Below are positions 1-22,230 of a DNA stretch of 64,000 bases, in pieces. The DNA comes from Paraspadella gotoi (lineage: Eukaryota > Animalia > Chaetognatha). Position 1 is the stretch's first letter. Every line of letters begins with the position of its first letter. Where the stretch lies: NCBI GenBank assembly GCA_051294375.1, contig CM119268.1:14808636-14872635 (forward strand), given 5' to 3'. Below the pieces are notes generated by a model. The model ran no database searches. It was not told where the DNA came from and saw nothing but the letters and a program-made list of their open reading frames with translations. Both the position numbers and the translations under genes were made by a program.

Positions 1-559
1 TAAAAGAGGAGCTAACGATCAGAATCTAAGAGTTTTCAACCGGCGATCAGATTCGGAAAAAATTTATATGGCGAAATATCCAAAGAAAGGGTGAATTTTC
101 CGCAAGATTTTAGGTTAGAATATTTTATTTTTATGTCCGGATTTTTTGAAACTAAAATAGAATATTGCCATCATCTAACATTGGCCGTAAAGATATATAT
201 TAAGAAAAACCTCTGACTTTTTTCGTCATAGCTAGTCTAACAATATATATCTAGGGCTTCGTGCGCCACGCGCGGTCTTAGGGCTACTTGATGCTATGTT
301 AACGGAATACTCCTATGTATCAATAAAAGTTGTGAGATAACACTCTTATTTAAGATGTTCACAACATAATAAGCAACATTGAAAAATGAAAATGTGAGCT
401 AAGCAGATAACATTTCATATCAGATAATTAGTATGCTAACACGAAAAACAGTTTATCTTCAAATACGACGGTTACTTGACGCGTGATAGACGATCAGTTT
501 ACGAAGTGCAGCTTGAAGTGAAGACGTTTGCTTGAAGGATCTTTCACGGTTGCACTGAT

Positions 560-3378
560 GAGTTTGTACTCCAGAGTTTTTGTAAACTTCCTTTATTCGA
601 GTTATTAAAGAAGATAAAGTTTATTTACTATAGTGTACTATCGTTTGGTCTATTTCAATTGGGGGTAGCCATTTCTAATAACGCCTTGTTATTGCTTTGT
701 TTGTCACTCTTCGAAGCGTTTATTTTCGCTGACGATATTTACTTTTATACATGTTTAAGTACATCTTGGAGTGCAAAAATTTTTAAGTGCTCTTATTGTT
801 TTTCGCTCACTTGCGTTTAAGTAACTATTTTTATTCTTATATATTTTGAATATCAAGATGTCTACGTATTGATTGTGTATGAATTTTTTTATTTTCCGCA
901 GTGTACTCGGAATTGGAATATAACATATTGAACGTATTAAAGATTGTCTATATAAGTTAAACAAATTAAGTATTAATTTGGATGATTTTGGGTTCATTAC
1001 TATTAATTTTCCTAAGGATAACTTAAGCGTGATGATGCTTTCTGAGTTAGGAGTTTATATGGTCCTTCATAGTACGTTTCCTGTCAAATTGAACGCCGAG
1101 AAAACTGACTTTTCGACGACTGATACTGGTGCTCTAAGAGTTTAGGTTCAACGTTGACGAACGATGTCGTTGAAGTCGCTGAAGACACGTAATTTCGACT
1201 TGTGAGGCGCGAGTTTTTAGTCTCATTTGCGCATCCCATTCAATCCTTTGATTAGTTGCATCCTAGGTTCCCTTTCCAGTGGGCTTTCTGCACCGTCCCG
1301 GCTTGCCCTGGTTGTTCTGAAACTGTGCTGGATCATTGCACGTGCTTCTTCAAAGACATGCGGTGTGTACATTTGAAAAGATCAGGACTGGATATACCTC
1401 TTGGGCGTTCCTGTGTTATGCAAGAAAGTTCTGAAGAATTCTTTACCCTCGTAAACCCTTATTGCTTCTGTCCTGTTAGGAATCCGCTGATATTCTTAAA
1501 AGTGCTTGGGCTTATATTTTTCTTGAGAAGTTATCGAAGTCCGTTCGCAACACATCGGTGGTCGAAGCTAAATTCAACAATCTAAAAAGAGCCCTAATAA
1601 GGGCATTTCTTTTGACGAAAGGCTTGGTTAGAAGTTTACAAACTTATGTTGAAAGAGATGAATCTTGCGGGTTCTATGCCTTTTGTAACCACTCTGGAAG
1701 TTTGTTTCGAAGTCTGCTATCCAAGGCTTTTATGAGTCTTGGTTTGATTAGCACGCTCAAAAACTTGCCACGCATGATAAAAGACTATTGGTCAGTGTTT
1801 TTTGCTTGTCCTCCAAGTTTTTTCCTTTTTCGGAAGCGTAATTAGTTTTGCTATTTCCAGTGTTTTTGGATAATAACCCCTCTGCCAACAAATGTTATAT
1901 ATTTTTTAGTTAAATAATCATTTTCTTTGCCGGAGCCTTTATCTTTGTAGTAAATCGTCTGTCACTGGTGCGGAATCTGTTTTTGCAGTGATTTTAAACT
2001 GTTATTATTTGTGTAGACTGAAGTTCGGACTCTTTTCGTTTTCTTCTCGTGCTTATTTCTAATGATTTGAGGTTATTTTCTTGTTGCAAATTGTTACCTC
2101 TTTCCATTGAATCCATACATAAGCTGGACTAAGTGTTGGATTATATAACTTTTAATGTCGATCAGCATGAGTTTAGCTCTTTCTTACGTTTATTGCCCAG
2201 TTCCTCATCTCTTTTTAAAGGAGGTAAGGCATTTTGATGTTTTCAATGTTTGCTATTCTTGTAATATTTGACCTTTTTTTAATTCGCATACGGAAGTGTG
2301 TGCCATCAAGTTATTTTTCCTTTCCAATGCTTTCTTCTGTCTGGATAGACTTTCCTTAGGAGGGGCACTGATTTATTATAGGCTTCCGGATAATTCTTAA
2401 GTTTTATTGGTCTACGTCATGATTCTCTCCAGTTGTGATTTCTTTTAAATTTAAAAGAATATATTGGACCTCTTGAGAGTTTGATGCCTAGTTTGATGGG
2501 TATTGGTTTTGGGTTTTTTGTTGCGCTTGCTGTCTCTTATTTCTGTTGAAAATTTTTTCGTTAATGTCTCTAGTTCTTCATTTGTAATTTGTTGTTAGTA
2601 TCAGTGTTTTGTGTTATTTTGAGTATTTTGTGTATGTCTCTAATTTATCACCTTTTCTATCTTGTTGTTATCCGTGTTTTGATTTTTTTATCTCTAATAT
2701 ATGTGGGTGGTGATCACTTGTATTGGATTCTAGAACTTTTCCAAATTCCAGTCCTTTCATTGATTCTGTTTGCTATGCTTAAGTTAGCTATGCTCTTGCG
2801 TTGGCTTGAAAAACTGAATATCGTTGGTTACCCCGCTATTAATACACGACATGGTAATCATCATTAATTTTCAATGCATGCCTTCATTGTCTGGGTTGGA
2901 TTCAGAGTTGAAATCTTTGCAATTCATGTCGCCAGTGAATTATTTTATGGTGTGCCCGATCGCTCTTATTTTCGATTCTTCTAAACTTATCTCAAAGAAT
3001 TTTGGTACTTTTTGTGCCTGGATGGCGTATAATTGTTCTTGCAATAAGGAGCCGTTCTGTTGTTATTTAATTTACATTAAAATTCACTTCTTTGTCGTCA
3101 CTCTTTTAATAATTTCTTTATATATATTGTTTGGGTACAGCAATTGCTACTTTCCGCTGGACCCTGCTTGTCTTGGGGTGTCTCTCTTAAGGTATATAAT
3201 TTTTAACGGGCATAATGTCTCTTTTTTAGTCTGTATCATTAGAGCATGATAAGCGAGTTAATGCAGGAGTTTTTTATTACTATGTATTCATCTAATAGGC
3301 GTTTAATCTCTAAGTCTTGTTTTAGCGGTTTGTATTATCCTGAATGAAAGACTATACATGTCCCGCTGTTACATTCAT
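560..3378 (-). pseudogene. LINE ORF2 (apurinic endonuclease + reverse transcriptase), frameshifted
   Basis: Hand translation of the minus strand. APE motifs: RDTPRQAGSSG-VAIAVP (~3135-3190), IFTGDMNCK (GDFN-like, 2922-2933), SNTSDHHP (2710-2718). RT motifs: WKIAKLITLPKK (~1825-1859), PI..LSCVGK (~1765-1792), FQSGY (~1685-1700), GTP-GISSPDLF (~1375-1411), KVSFLGVQFDRK (~1078-1112), and thumb-like LYRQSLIRSICY (ORF 755-997). The YADD motif is not intact. Confidence 0.9.
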
Positions 3379-3449
3379 TTCTTGATTTGATGTAGTAAGT
3401 CTGCGCGTCAATGCGTTTTGTTGCTGGTAATGTTTGCATGTTGATAAAG

Positions 3450-5100
3450 TTGCGGCGGCTCGTTCATCGTGCTGAAAGCATCATAGGAGGTACGCAAGCA
3501 TTGTTGCAGAACATGCGTGTGCTTGAAGTTGGTCTGATTGTTGTAACATTCTGGTCGAGACAGACTGGCGTTGGTCTGACATCCCCCTGAAATGGTTGTA
3601 TCATTGGCACTGGTAGGCCACTTGTGTGTCCCAATGAACCTGAATGATCGTTCAACTGTTGTATGAGGAGTCTGTATAATTCACCGGTTTTGTGGCTCGT
3701 TACTCTGGATTGCATCTTCAAAGTTGGTTACCGAGATGTTGTACTGAATGGATTTGCAATTGGTCCAAGGTGCCGTTCGTTGAGATTGTTGCTCCTCTAA
3801 AATGATCAGTCTCTCGTGCACTGTCAAGTCTTCTTCCGATGATTCATTTTATCTTGGGTGGAACGTGACAGCTTGGGGTCTCCTGTTGCATGGTTAACCT
3901 GAAGGAGCGTAAGAATGTTGTAAGTAGTTTCTGATACTCTTGGTTCTTACAACTTCGCGGTGTCATTCGGCATTCTTCTCCTTTGTGTGGGATCTTCCAA
4001 TCATTATTTCTTTGTTATTCTTATCTCTATTATTTACGGGCTAGTGCACTTTTGGAACCCACTCTGGGAGTGATCCACATGTTTTAGACTTTACGACATC
4101 CAGTGCACATAGTGCGATTTATAATCTCCCTCTTTTCTTCTTGTTTCATATTCTTTTGGCCTTGCGTTCTTGCGTTAATTCTTTCCTTGGCTTCTCAATA
4201 CTATATGTTGATTGGCAGTTTGTATGTTGTTTCTTCGGATCTTCTCTGTTTTGGTCATAGTGAGCGTATCATATGGGCACTCTATAAAAGTTGCCCGGGA
4301 GTTTGCCTCGGCAGTTTATACATTTTACTCTTCATACAAGTTTTGTGAACAGTCTCTACTCGATGTTACGCGCAGGAACGAGTCGGTTGCTTGTTCACAT
4401 TGGAAGTCACGTTGAACTATTTTAAGAACATTAATCTAAGTGATTGTAATGTATTTGAAGCCTCATCAATAGCTTTGGCTTTATTGAGTTCTTTCTAGTG
4501 CTTATTTTTTACGTCTCATAAGTGGGCTATTGTTCTTTCCGAACGAATTCTTTTGAACCTCCGATGGGGTATACGAGTCTTTGGTAGCTGCTCATGATTT
4601 TTCTCCTGATTCTGGTCACTCTCGTAGCAGCACGTTTTGTTCAGGATTATTAATCCTGATAGCCTAGTTTGAAGAAATTGTGTTCGTTTTAAGCCACATC
4701 TGTCGATATTCAGAAGTGCATTATTATCTCTTGATTTGCTCCAATAAGTATATCTGCCCTTTGGCTTAAGTTTAATTCATCGATATAGTATGCGGTTACT
4801 TCTTCAATATTGCAAACATGTTGTTTTCTGTCTTTTTTAACTTCTCAGCCATAGTACTGCCTATAAGCGGACATTTTGCGGTACGATACCTACTGTTCTC
4901 TGTTTGGTTTGTGCCTGAACTGTTTGCTCGGAGTCGATGGTTGGTTCTTGCGCCATAACTTGGTGTGTGGCACGTAGTTGGACATAGACTAATGCACTCG
5001 TTTGGAAGCTGTTCTCTTTGTTCTTTTCCGCTCTTTCGGCTGCTTGGGGTTTCTGAGTATTCAAAGAGACATTCGGCTAGTGTGTCTATTTTGTTGGATA
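3450..5100 (-). pseudogene. LINE ORF1 (gag-like, CCHC zinc knuckles), frameshifted
   Basis: VKCINCRG...ATFIECP at ~4272-4328 resembles the KCxNCxGxHxAxxxxCP knuckle of I/Jockey ORF1. A second CTGC...DH...KC lies at ~4045-4110. The region is directly upstream of ORF2. Confidence 0.75.
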
Positions 5101-5580
5101 TGTTGATTTTCTGTTCAAATTCGCTGTTTTTCAATTATACTTTGAATTTGAAATTCGTCGTAATTTAGATTCGCGAGGAACTTTTCGATTCTTTCTTTTC
5201 CCGTACTGCTTTCTGACTGTTGACTCGAGTTCTTTGATTCATTATACCGCGATTTGATCGTATCTGACTTTGAATTTATATTTCGAATATCTGAGTTGAA
5301 TTCTTAAAAGCAGATAAATGAGGTTTGGATTTGCTATTAGCTGAGGTATTACCGCATTTAAGTAGGGATAAGTTGTACTTTGGCTTGATTTCGTTGAAAA
5401 ATTTTAAAGTCAGATTTGGCAAAAAAAAGATTCGAGATCAGAGGATAGTTCGTTCCGGTTCGGTGGTCAGAGAGAGAGGGAGAGAAGAGAAGAAAGAGAG
5501 GAGAGAGAGAGAGAGAGGAAGGAGAGAGAAGAGAGAGATAGAGAGAGAGAAAGAGAGAGAGAGAGAGATAGAGAGAGAGA

Positions 5581-5994
5581 AATGAATTTTGAATTTGAAT
5601 TTAATTTCAATGGGGCTTTAGGCACAAAATAAAACATAGGCATAAAAAGCTACTTTATTACATTTAAGTCTACGAATTTAGGCATTCATCATGAAATCTT
5701 TCCAATTTACAATTTATGCATGTATTTTCCCTTTGTAAATAATCCCATCCAACAGCGTTTCGATAGGTGAAATGTTTGTCTGAATAGTATTAGAATTAAT
5801 ATGATTAATAGGCATCGTCAAATAGGTGATTTCCTCGGATAATTCTTTTAATCTCCGTACAGCAAAGTTTTTTAACATAGTCAGATAATGGTATTTGGCC
5901 TGCGGCATCTAATGTGGCAGCAGTAGGAGTATGACTAGGTAAATTTGAAAAATACGAATGGCTCTTAATTGTAAGCGATCAAATTTCATCCAGT
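5581..5994 (-). mobile_element. 5'-truncated LINE 3' fragment with (AAATTC)n tail, inside an (AG)n microsatellite
   Basis: The minus strand reads WMKFDRLQLRAIRIF/NLPSHTPTAATLDAAGQIPLSDYV, matching the LINE ORF2 C-terminal LQxxAxRxxxxLPxxTP pattern (one frameshift). A 3' UTR follows, ending in AAATTAAATTCAAATTCAAAATTC. (AG)n lies on both sides (5469-5580 and 5995-6156). Confidence 0.7.
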
Positions 5995-6018
5995 GAGAGA
6001 AAAGAGAGAGAGAGAGAA

Positions 6019-6086
<68 letters not shown>

Positions 6087-6120
6087 GAGAGAGAGAGAGA
6101 GAGAGAAAAAAAAGAGAGAG

Positions 6121-6161
<41 letters not shown>

Positions 6162-6524
6162 AGTATAAATCGGTGGACTCGAGCGACGTCAAAGACAATC
6201 ACCAGCCACTTCCTGACCATTGGGAGAAAGGGTCTCGTTACAGACAACGAAAGTGACAAAGGAAGTTCAAAATTAGAATGTCTCTCTTTCTCTCTTTCTG
6301 TTGCTTGAAAAATGACAGATAAAAATAAACAAAGCGTCTATATAGACTATATAATCAATTATACTCGCGCCCCTGACTTTCGTCTCACACAAACTATCCG
6401 GAACAGAAAGAATCTGTATGTCCGTTCGAAATTTTTTCCGATAACACCCTTCGCTCACTTGGAGGGTCAAGGTTCGCGAATAATGGGTCGTTGGATTCAG
6501 ACCCATGGCGTCTATAAAACGAAC

Positions 6525-6616
<92 letters not shown>

Positions 6617-7139
6617 TTTCTATTCACTAAGTGAAGATGAATCAAGAAGAGGTCAATGTTTCTTTTTCAAAGTGTTTTGTTGTCTTCTATATATATTTTG
6701 TAATTTTGTATTTTTAACGAGTCTAAATTCGCGAGCATTTCATAAGATATCATTCTTGGAAAGACGATTTCGGACCCAAATGGAGTAACTGACCTTTCGG
6801 TGAGACAAATTTGGAGCAAGATGAGTCGGGGCAAGATGAGCATCTTGAACGGATTAGGTTAAAATATATCATTTGCTGAATTATATTATATTTTATTTAC
6901 ATATGTACTTAAAATAAAAATAAACATGTTTCCAATTAAAAAAATGTATTCATCATGTTTGTAATATCGCTACTATTAAAAATTTATGAGTATAATAATT
7001 TTCTTTTTTTTTGTCTTATTGTTTAAAGATTTTGACTCTCGAGCTTTCATTTTTTTCCTTTTCTAATCTCCAGACTTCAGTTTTTGATTTTTTTTTTTTA
7101 ATCTCAAGATTCGAGACTGAAAATCAGATTCCCTCTCTC

Positions 7140-15300
<8,161 letters not shown>

Positions 15301-18300
15301 TATCAGGTCTAAGTCGGATTTTCTCTTTTTAAAACGTGACGTCTCATCTTAATGAAACCTTCTCGGACATTTTCTCGTGGTCTCTGGTTTACCTGTCGCC
15401 TTATAACTTATAACTTATAACATAGTTAATTAGTTTAATGTTCAGTTTTTTGCATTTCATTGACAATAAACCTTAACGTTTGAGCTTCGAAGAAACGACG
15501 ACACCGGATTGCACCGTCGACACACGAATCGTGAACACCATTCCGTCCGTTCACAACCCTCACCCACCGAGTCGTGATTCCGAGGCTTTTCCCTTCATTT
15601 TTATAGGACGCCGTTACTAAACATTAGTTTCGTTTTTTTTATCTTTCCGCGTTGCCGGTTCCGCCTAACTCTCTTTCCAATTCCACAGCTGCACCCGGGA
15701 AGAAAAAATTCCCTTTATTTTTTTATTTTTTGCATGTTTTATTGCAAGCTCTTTAACGTCTGTTATTACTCCGCGAGCAGCTTTACGAGGCGAATTAAGT
15801 TTTACGACTCTACGTTGTCCTAAACATCGCACCTGTTTATATTCTCTTCCCCCCCCCTTCATGACTAATAACGATTTCTTTACTGCAATGACCAAATCCT
15901 TTTTCTTCACTGACTTAATTGGAAACGATTCAATCAGAAGCGGAATTCTCGATCGTTAAACCGGCGACATCAGCAACTGGCATCACGGACGCAGTTCGCT
16001 ACGAGTCATACGGTTGTCGCCACGATACTTCCGCTTTTTTTCGCATAAATGACAACTCGTCCGCGCGTGGAACCTTCGGAATAATCGACACTTCGAACCG
16101 AGAGATGAAAAAAAAAAAAAAATAAACAACGAAAAAATTATGATGCGTTTTCTGACAGAAATGACAGGGTTATGACCAATAGCGTGACAGAATGACAAAA
16201 AAAAAGCACCAAGTCGGAGCCTTTCATCGCTCAAAAAATATAGCCTTCACAGGAAAAAAAGTCGATGAAATTACGGAGAGCGACGATTGCAAGAACAGAT
16301 GGCAAAAAACAGTCATGAGAGCGGCAGCACGAACAAACGTGGGCGGTTTATGTCATCAAGGACATGCGTTCGGTTGGAGCGACAGCGAGGTGCATCGAGA
16401 TTCCATCAGCATAAACTTGTCGACAAAATGGGCGGAGAATGCCCGACCGCGTCCGGCTCGTCGTCACGGTAACGTCGCGCATCCACGAATTCCGCTTGGC
16501 ACAAACCGTCGGATTTCGTCATTCGTCTGCAATTCATGTTCTTGGTCTGCGCATCAGTCAAAATGGCCTCCTGGCCAACACGCCTGTTCGTCTCGCTTTG
16601 CGAACGGCGCGTGATCGGCGAAAGGAAAGGTTTCAGTTTTTCCTTTTTTTTCCCTACCTGTTGGTTTCGCCGTTAATCTTAATGGAACGGCAACGTGGCA
16701 TGATTAAAAAGGAGAGGAGAATAAAGACAGAAAAATTTTGTTGAAGGACATTCAAACTAAGAGCGAGACTCTGTTGTAGGCCTTATCTCGTGTCTTATGA
16801 AGAGACAACGTTTAATTATTTAGACTTTAAATCTTGTGACCCTTCATTCTTTTTATGAGTTTTCTCAAGGCATCTCCTTCTTCTTACAAATTTTCCAGCT
16901 ATCGAGGATTTTTCGTAGCGAATGATTCAAAACCTGCACTCTTTCCTTAAATTCTCGTTCTCCTCTTAATCGTTTCGAACCTTTTTTAAAACCACACTGT
17001 TTAAATAAACCTGGTTCTGATATGAAATATTTTTCAGCCGGCGGTCATAGTTACGTCCTGTTTTTACTTCAACTTTTTTTTCACTAGATTACCACAACAC
17101 CAGAACTATGTCGCAACTTTCGTAGACCGCCTCACTTTCGCTCGCGAGACAAAAAAATTATTATTAATCCAATTTAACCCAATATTTTTAAAGGAAGGAT
17201 ACCATTAATCGGTCTCGCAAGCGATTTTCGATACATTTGGACGACGATAAATTGGAATTTCGAGTCTGCTTAATATTTTTCTTTTCAATTAACTTAAAGA
17301 TACTTTAATCTTTTTCTTTAACATTTTACGGTCATTTCGATAGAAGATCTCCAAATTTTGTTTACAAGCGGAATAATTATTTTTTTTCTCTTTTGCTATA
17401 TAAGCAGTTCGGCTACATTTGATCTTTTCTTTTATCTAAGTTTTCGACAAGGATGTTTTTGTTTATCCTTGAAATCTAATCAAATTTCAAAGGAAAGAAA
17501 AACCAGGAAAAAAAACATGTTGTATTTTAACAACTAATAATCTTCCCGCTTCATTCGATTATCAACGTTACGTAATTTCCTTTTTTTTTTCTCTTCTCTC
17601 TCTATGATTAGTTTATTTCTATTGTATGTTTCTTTCTTTTTTCGCCGTTAAATATTTTATACATTATATTTTTTATTTGTTTATCCTTATTCTTTGAGGA
17701 ATGCGCGAATGTGTTCTCCCAGGCCATGCTTGAAGAGTAGATTTGCAGGCCAAGCTCTGTGGCCAAAGTTACCGGGCGAGTCTTGAAGGCCGAAGCCTTT
17801 GAGTTCTTCAGGCTGATTCTGAGGGCGGCCTCATTAAATCCAAAGGCTTCTGCGTGGTTTATTAAAAGCGTTTTCATCCATTTCATTCTATTTTGAGTCG
17901 AATGGAGGAAGAATTATAAAGAAGAAGTTGAAAGCGGGAAGAAAGAGGCGATGGAGGGCAAAAGCCAGAAAATATTCGATGATCAGTGTCTAAATTTGAA
18001 ATCACCTGTGAACTTGCTAAACAATATATACCCTGAGACGGTGAAGAGTGAAGACTCTAGAGACTTCGGTAAATTATTCTATAAAACTAAAACATAAAAT
18101 CAAAAACGAAAAAAAAGTAAATCAATTCTTTCAATATTATAATTAAAATTGCTGAAGTGGTTTATCGGTTTTTTAACAAGGGTTTTTTTCTCTCGTTTTC
18201 GCGTCGCCTCGCGTCTCCAAACAAAATTGTTCTCTTTTCCCTTCTCTTTTCTGTCACTTGTGACACACTTTCTGTCAATGTTTTGTCACTCTTTCCCTCA

Positions 18301-18703
18301 TTCTTTTTTGAAAACGACGAAAACGAGGGGCCGCAGCAAGGTTTCTTACCCCCTCAACTTTTTGTCTTCATGCCATTCGCGCGCACGCTACGCCACTGCT
18401 ACGCCACGCCACTCTACGCCATGTCACGGCCACGCCACGCTACGTAACGCCACACCACGCTACGCAAACTCTCACCACAGCTTTTCATTGTTTAATTATT
18501 TTTTCATCTAGTGTGTTTTCTCCGCCACTTTAGGAATCTTTATTCATTTGCCATGTCGTCTATTTGCCACCTTCGTCATTTTGCCACCCAATTTAGGCCC
18601 CGCGGTTTTTTCTTTCTTTTTTTTGCAGTTATTCATTCATGCATACACGATTTTGCTTTCACTCATGAGAAAGAGAGAGAGACAGAGCATAAGAGAGAGA
18701 GAT

Positions 18704-18746
<43 letters not shown>

Positions 18747-19368
18747 GAGAGAGAGAGAGAGAGAGAGGGATGATTGTAGACGAATGAGGAGGATGGAAAG
18801 GAAAAGGGGTAAGTTCAGAAAAGGAGGTGATAGACACCGAGAGTCTGGATTGCAAAAAAGGGCAAGGAAAAAAAAAAGGGCATGAAGAATTTATGAGGTT
18901 TGGGTGAAAGGGCCCATCTGTACCGCGTCCCCTTTCAATCGCCTTCTCCTCACCTCACGTTTTTCTTTTATATATATACATATAGTTCACGTGATTCCTC
19001 GAGACGTCGTTAAAATCTCGATTTTTTTTTTCAACTCCGATGTCCAATATTTTTTGGACAAATTAAAATATAATTTGTTTTTAAATCTTAAAATTATTTT
19101 TTAAAGTTTTCATTTGCCCTTTGACATTTTTATGTTTACCCCATGTTTGGTATTAATAATTTTATTACTTATACATTTAAAAGTGTCTTTATAATTACAA
19201 TTTTTATTTGTAGGCGTGGACATTAGCGTAAGTTAGACAGAATACAATATTAGATACTGTATAATTTCGATTTCCTCCTGATTGTAAACTTAATAATTCT
19301 TTTTGAAAGGGAACACGAAACCCTTTTCTGCATTACTCCACTCGTCTCCCCGGACACCCAACAAAAAA

Positions 19369-19413
<45 letters not shown>

Positions 19414-20571
19414 CTCTCTCTCTCTCTCTCCCAAAGCTGATTATGTCGAAAACCCGAGAGGCAGTCTCCTTTGAACTGCGGATAAGAAGTAGAAAATGAA
19501 AGAGATTTTCCTCAGAAATTGGTGTCACCTGGATTCGCGGGGACGAGCTTTGCTTTGCTCGAGGCACTCGCACGTCGCGTCGCGGTTAAAAAATTTTTGA
19601 GTTCGAGACCTGATCAGCGCTCGACCCATTGCTCTCGACGGAAAGTTGAAGTGTTAAAAAATTATCAAATAATTTTTGGCAAACAGAGATGTTTTCTTTT
19701 TCCCTCCGATTCTTATATTTAGGATCTTTGTCATCTTCGTTGATTTAGGATTTTTTTATTAAAGATAATTATCGAACTGGTGTTCATGGTTCGTTGCCTC
19801 GCCGTCTTAGCATTGTCATCTTTGTCGGCATCTCGTTCGCTTCTTTGAGACGTCCTCTTTGTCGCCGCCTTCTTTGCCGCCCAATGCGTAACCTTTTAAC
19901 TTTGTCGTTTTTTCATCGTCTTCGTAGTTGCGAGTGTACTTAATATCTTCATCGCTGTGTTCGTTTTCGATGTTTTCGTCGTTCTAGTTTCCGTCGTCTT
20001 TGTCATCATCTTTCGTCGCTGAGTTCGTTCTCGTTCTTCGTCGTTGTACTCGTCCTTGTTTTCTTCTTCGATCGCCTCGTGAGGTCGCGATTTTTGAGGC
20101 AGTTTGGGTTGTAGGAGGGCAGGGAGATCTGAGTCGGAAGGGGTAAGGACAACCGAGTTGTGGCTGTGGCGACGAGAGGATGAAGGAGATTGCGAAATGT
20201 GCGGGCGGAAAGAAGATATGGAGGCACGGATTACTTTTCGTGCTCACGAAGGAGACAAATGATTGCAACTCCATCTCTTGGGCACTAGCAATCTCTCGGC
20301 TATTTATTATTCGTTCCATGCTTGTCTTTGGCGTGCGTGGTGATTACGCTACGGAATTAAAGCTTGTCTGCGTTTAGCTACTAATTTACGGGAAATGAGT
20401 TTCTCCGCCCACAAATGCAATTGAAACGAATAAACGGTAGATCCAATCGAATTTTTAACCGCAATTATGTTGCCTTCCGTTGACAAGATTTTCTGGAGAA
20501 AAACAAAGTCGTCGACTGTTATGAAGAGACAGTAATAATTATTATGATTTAGTGACAGAATCGTTCAATAT

Positions 20572-20692
20572 AAGCTTCGGATTGGGCTGTAAAACAGTTT
20601 TACAGGCGGGTTAACTGCTTGACGACCACCGGGGTAGAACCCCAGACCTTTGGGTAGTAGGCGAACGACTTGCCTCCTGCAACCATGGCCGC
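20572..20692 (-). mobile_element. tRNA-derived SINE head, duplicate copy
   Basis: Same sequence as 13100-13220, within copy 2 of the tandem duplication. Confidence 0.6.
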
Positions 20693-21694
20693 TGATGAAC
20701 GTTTGGTGGATTTTTGTCCACCATAGTTACGTAGTAAAATCACGGATTTGGGACTAAAAATAGAAAAAATATCGAACAATAAAATACGCGGAAAATAGAC
20801 AATGAATGGAATTTAGACGAGAAAAAACCGGAAAAGAGCAAACGTCTATCACGAGAACAAAGAAAGAAAGGAGGGCGGAAAAAATTGAGAAGAACGCGGG
20901 AGAAATAATCAGCCAAACAAAGGATTATCAATGGCACGAACGAACAAACAGAAAAGGACAAGAAGTTTGGGGAAATCGACGAAGACAAAAGGGAAAGGAT
21001 GAGATGATCACTTATTCGTAAGGAAAAAAAGGGCCGGGCCGAGACCGGAAACAACGTTTTTTGTTTTTTGAACAAGCGTAACGAGCGTAATTTTGGAGTC
21101 GCAAATAATAAACGCTGAGCCTAAACTATGGGTACAATGTAATATGCAAACAAAATATATATAACAATATATATATATGACATTTCCAATGTCAGTCATA
21201 CTTTTTATCCAATAACCTCGAAAATAACCTTAATGATAACTTTAAAGACAATTCGAACGATATCTTAAACGTGTAGTTTAAACCATAAAGCAAACGACGG
21301 TTTAAACGATAATTCAAATGATAATTTAAAATCACCCAACCTTAATTTCTCCGCCAACGACATCTCGCGAATTCGATCGGCTCGACGGGTTCTCTCGTTC
21401 CGCAGCTCCGCACAATTTGCGCAAAGGAATCGGAAAAAATAATGAAGCAAATGGGACGGAGGGAAAAAAATGAAGGGAAAACTTTCTCCTTCTTCGTCAA
21501 AATGAACTTTTCCTTTCTTTTTTTTTCTTTTTTTTCTCTTTTTTCTCGATATTTTTTCCTCTTGGGACGCTTGTGGGGTGGAGGTTTGAGTGGAACGGGG
21601 GTTGACAAAAAAGGAGAGAGAGAAAGGCAAAGCGAAAGGAAAATGAAAAAGACCTTAAAGAAGAGAGGGCAGATTTTTTTTAGTGAATATGAAA

Positions 21695-21780
<86 letters not shown>

Positions 21781-22124
21781 GAGAGAGAGAGGACTGAAGG
21801 AAGTCAAGAAAACGGATAATTAATCAAGTTATTCTCTTTGGAACTCGCAGGGTTTTTTTTTTCCATGGAAAATGAAAATAATCCCAGACCAGGGATGCTT
21901 GGCAATTTATTACATAAGAAGAGAAAAATACTAAATATATTCTTAAAATACCGAAGGAAAGAAACTACGGATATAAACGAACTCCCAAACTCCAACGTTG
22001 CTAGAGTCGGACGCAAACTGAGAAGCGATGAAAGCGAATCCACTGTTTACGTTATGGCGCAACGATCGTGAATGTGAAACTCAAGGAGGATTTTCACGAT
22101 TTTTCACGTCTTGAGCTCACAGAC

Positions 22125-22163
<39 letters not shown>

Positions 22164-22198
22164 CTCTCTCTCTCTCTTCTCTCTCTCTCCTCTCTCTC

Positions 22199-22230
<32 letters not shown>

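Larger units (their letters stand above)
245..5220 (-). mobile_element. Degenerate non-LTR retrotransposon (LINE, APE-type, I/Jockey group), near full length
   Basis: The minus strand carries ORF1 zinc knuckles and then APE and RT motifs in canonical order (see next two features), with many frameshifts and stops. Possible 5' start at CAGTC (5219) and possible 3' terminus near 245; both ends are approximate. Confidence 0.88.

Noticed and set aside
1215-1300. Penelope GIY-YIG C-terminus-like KAHWKGNLG..KGLNG
   Set aside because: It lies inside the LINE RT domain between conserved RT motifs; the resemblance is chance.
5220-5468. Large LINE 5' end abutting the (AG)n tract
   Set aside because: The 5' boundary cannot be fixed from one copy. 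A CAGTC start at 5219 is equally plausible, so I did not use this as evidence for targeting.
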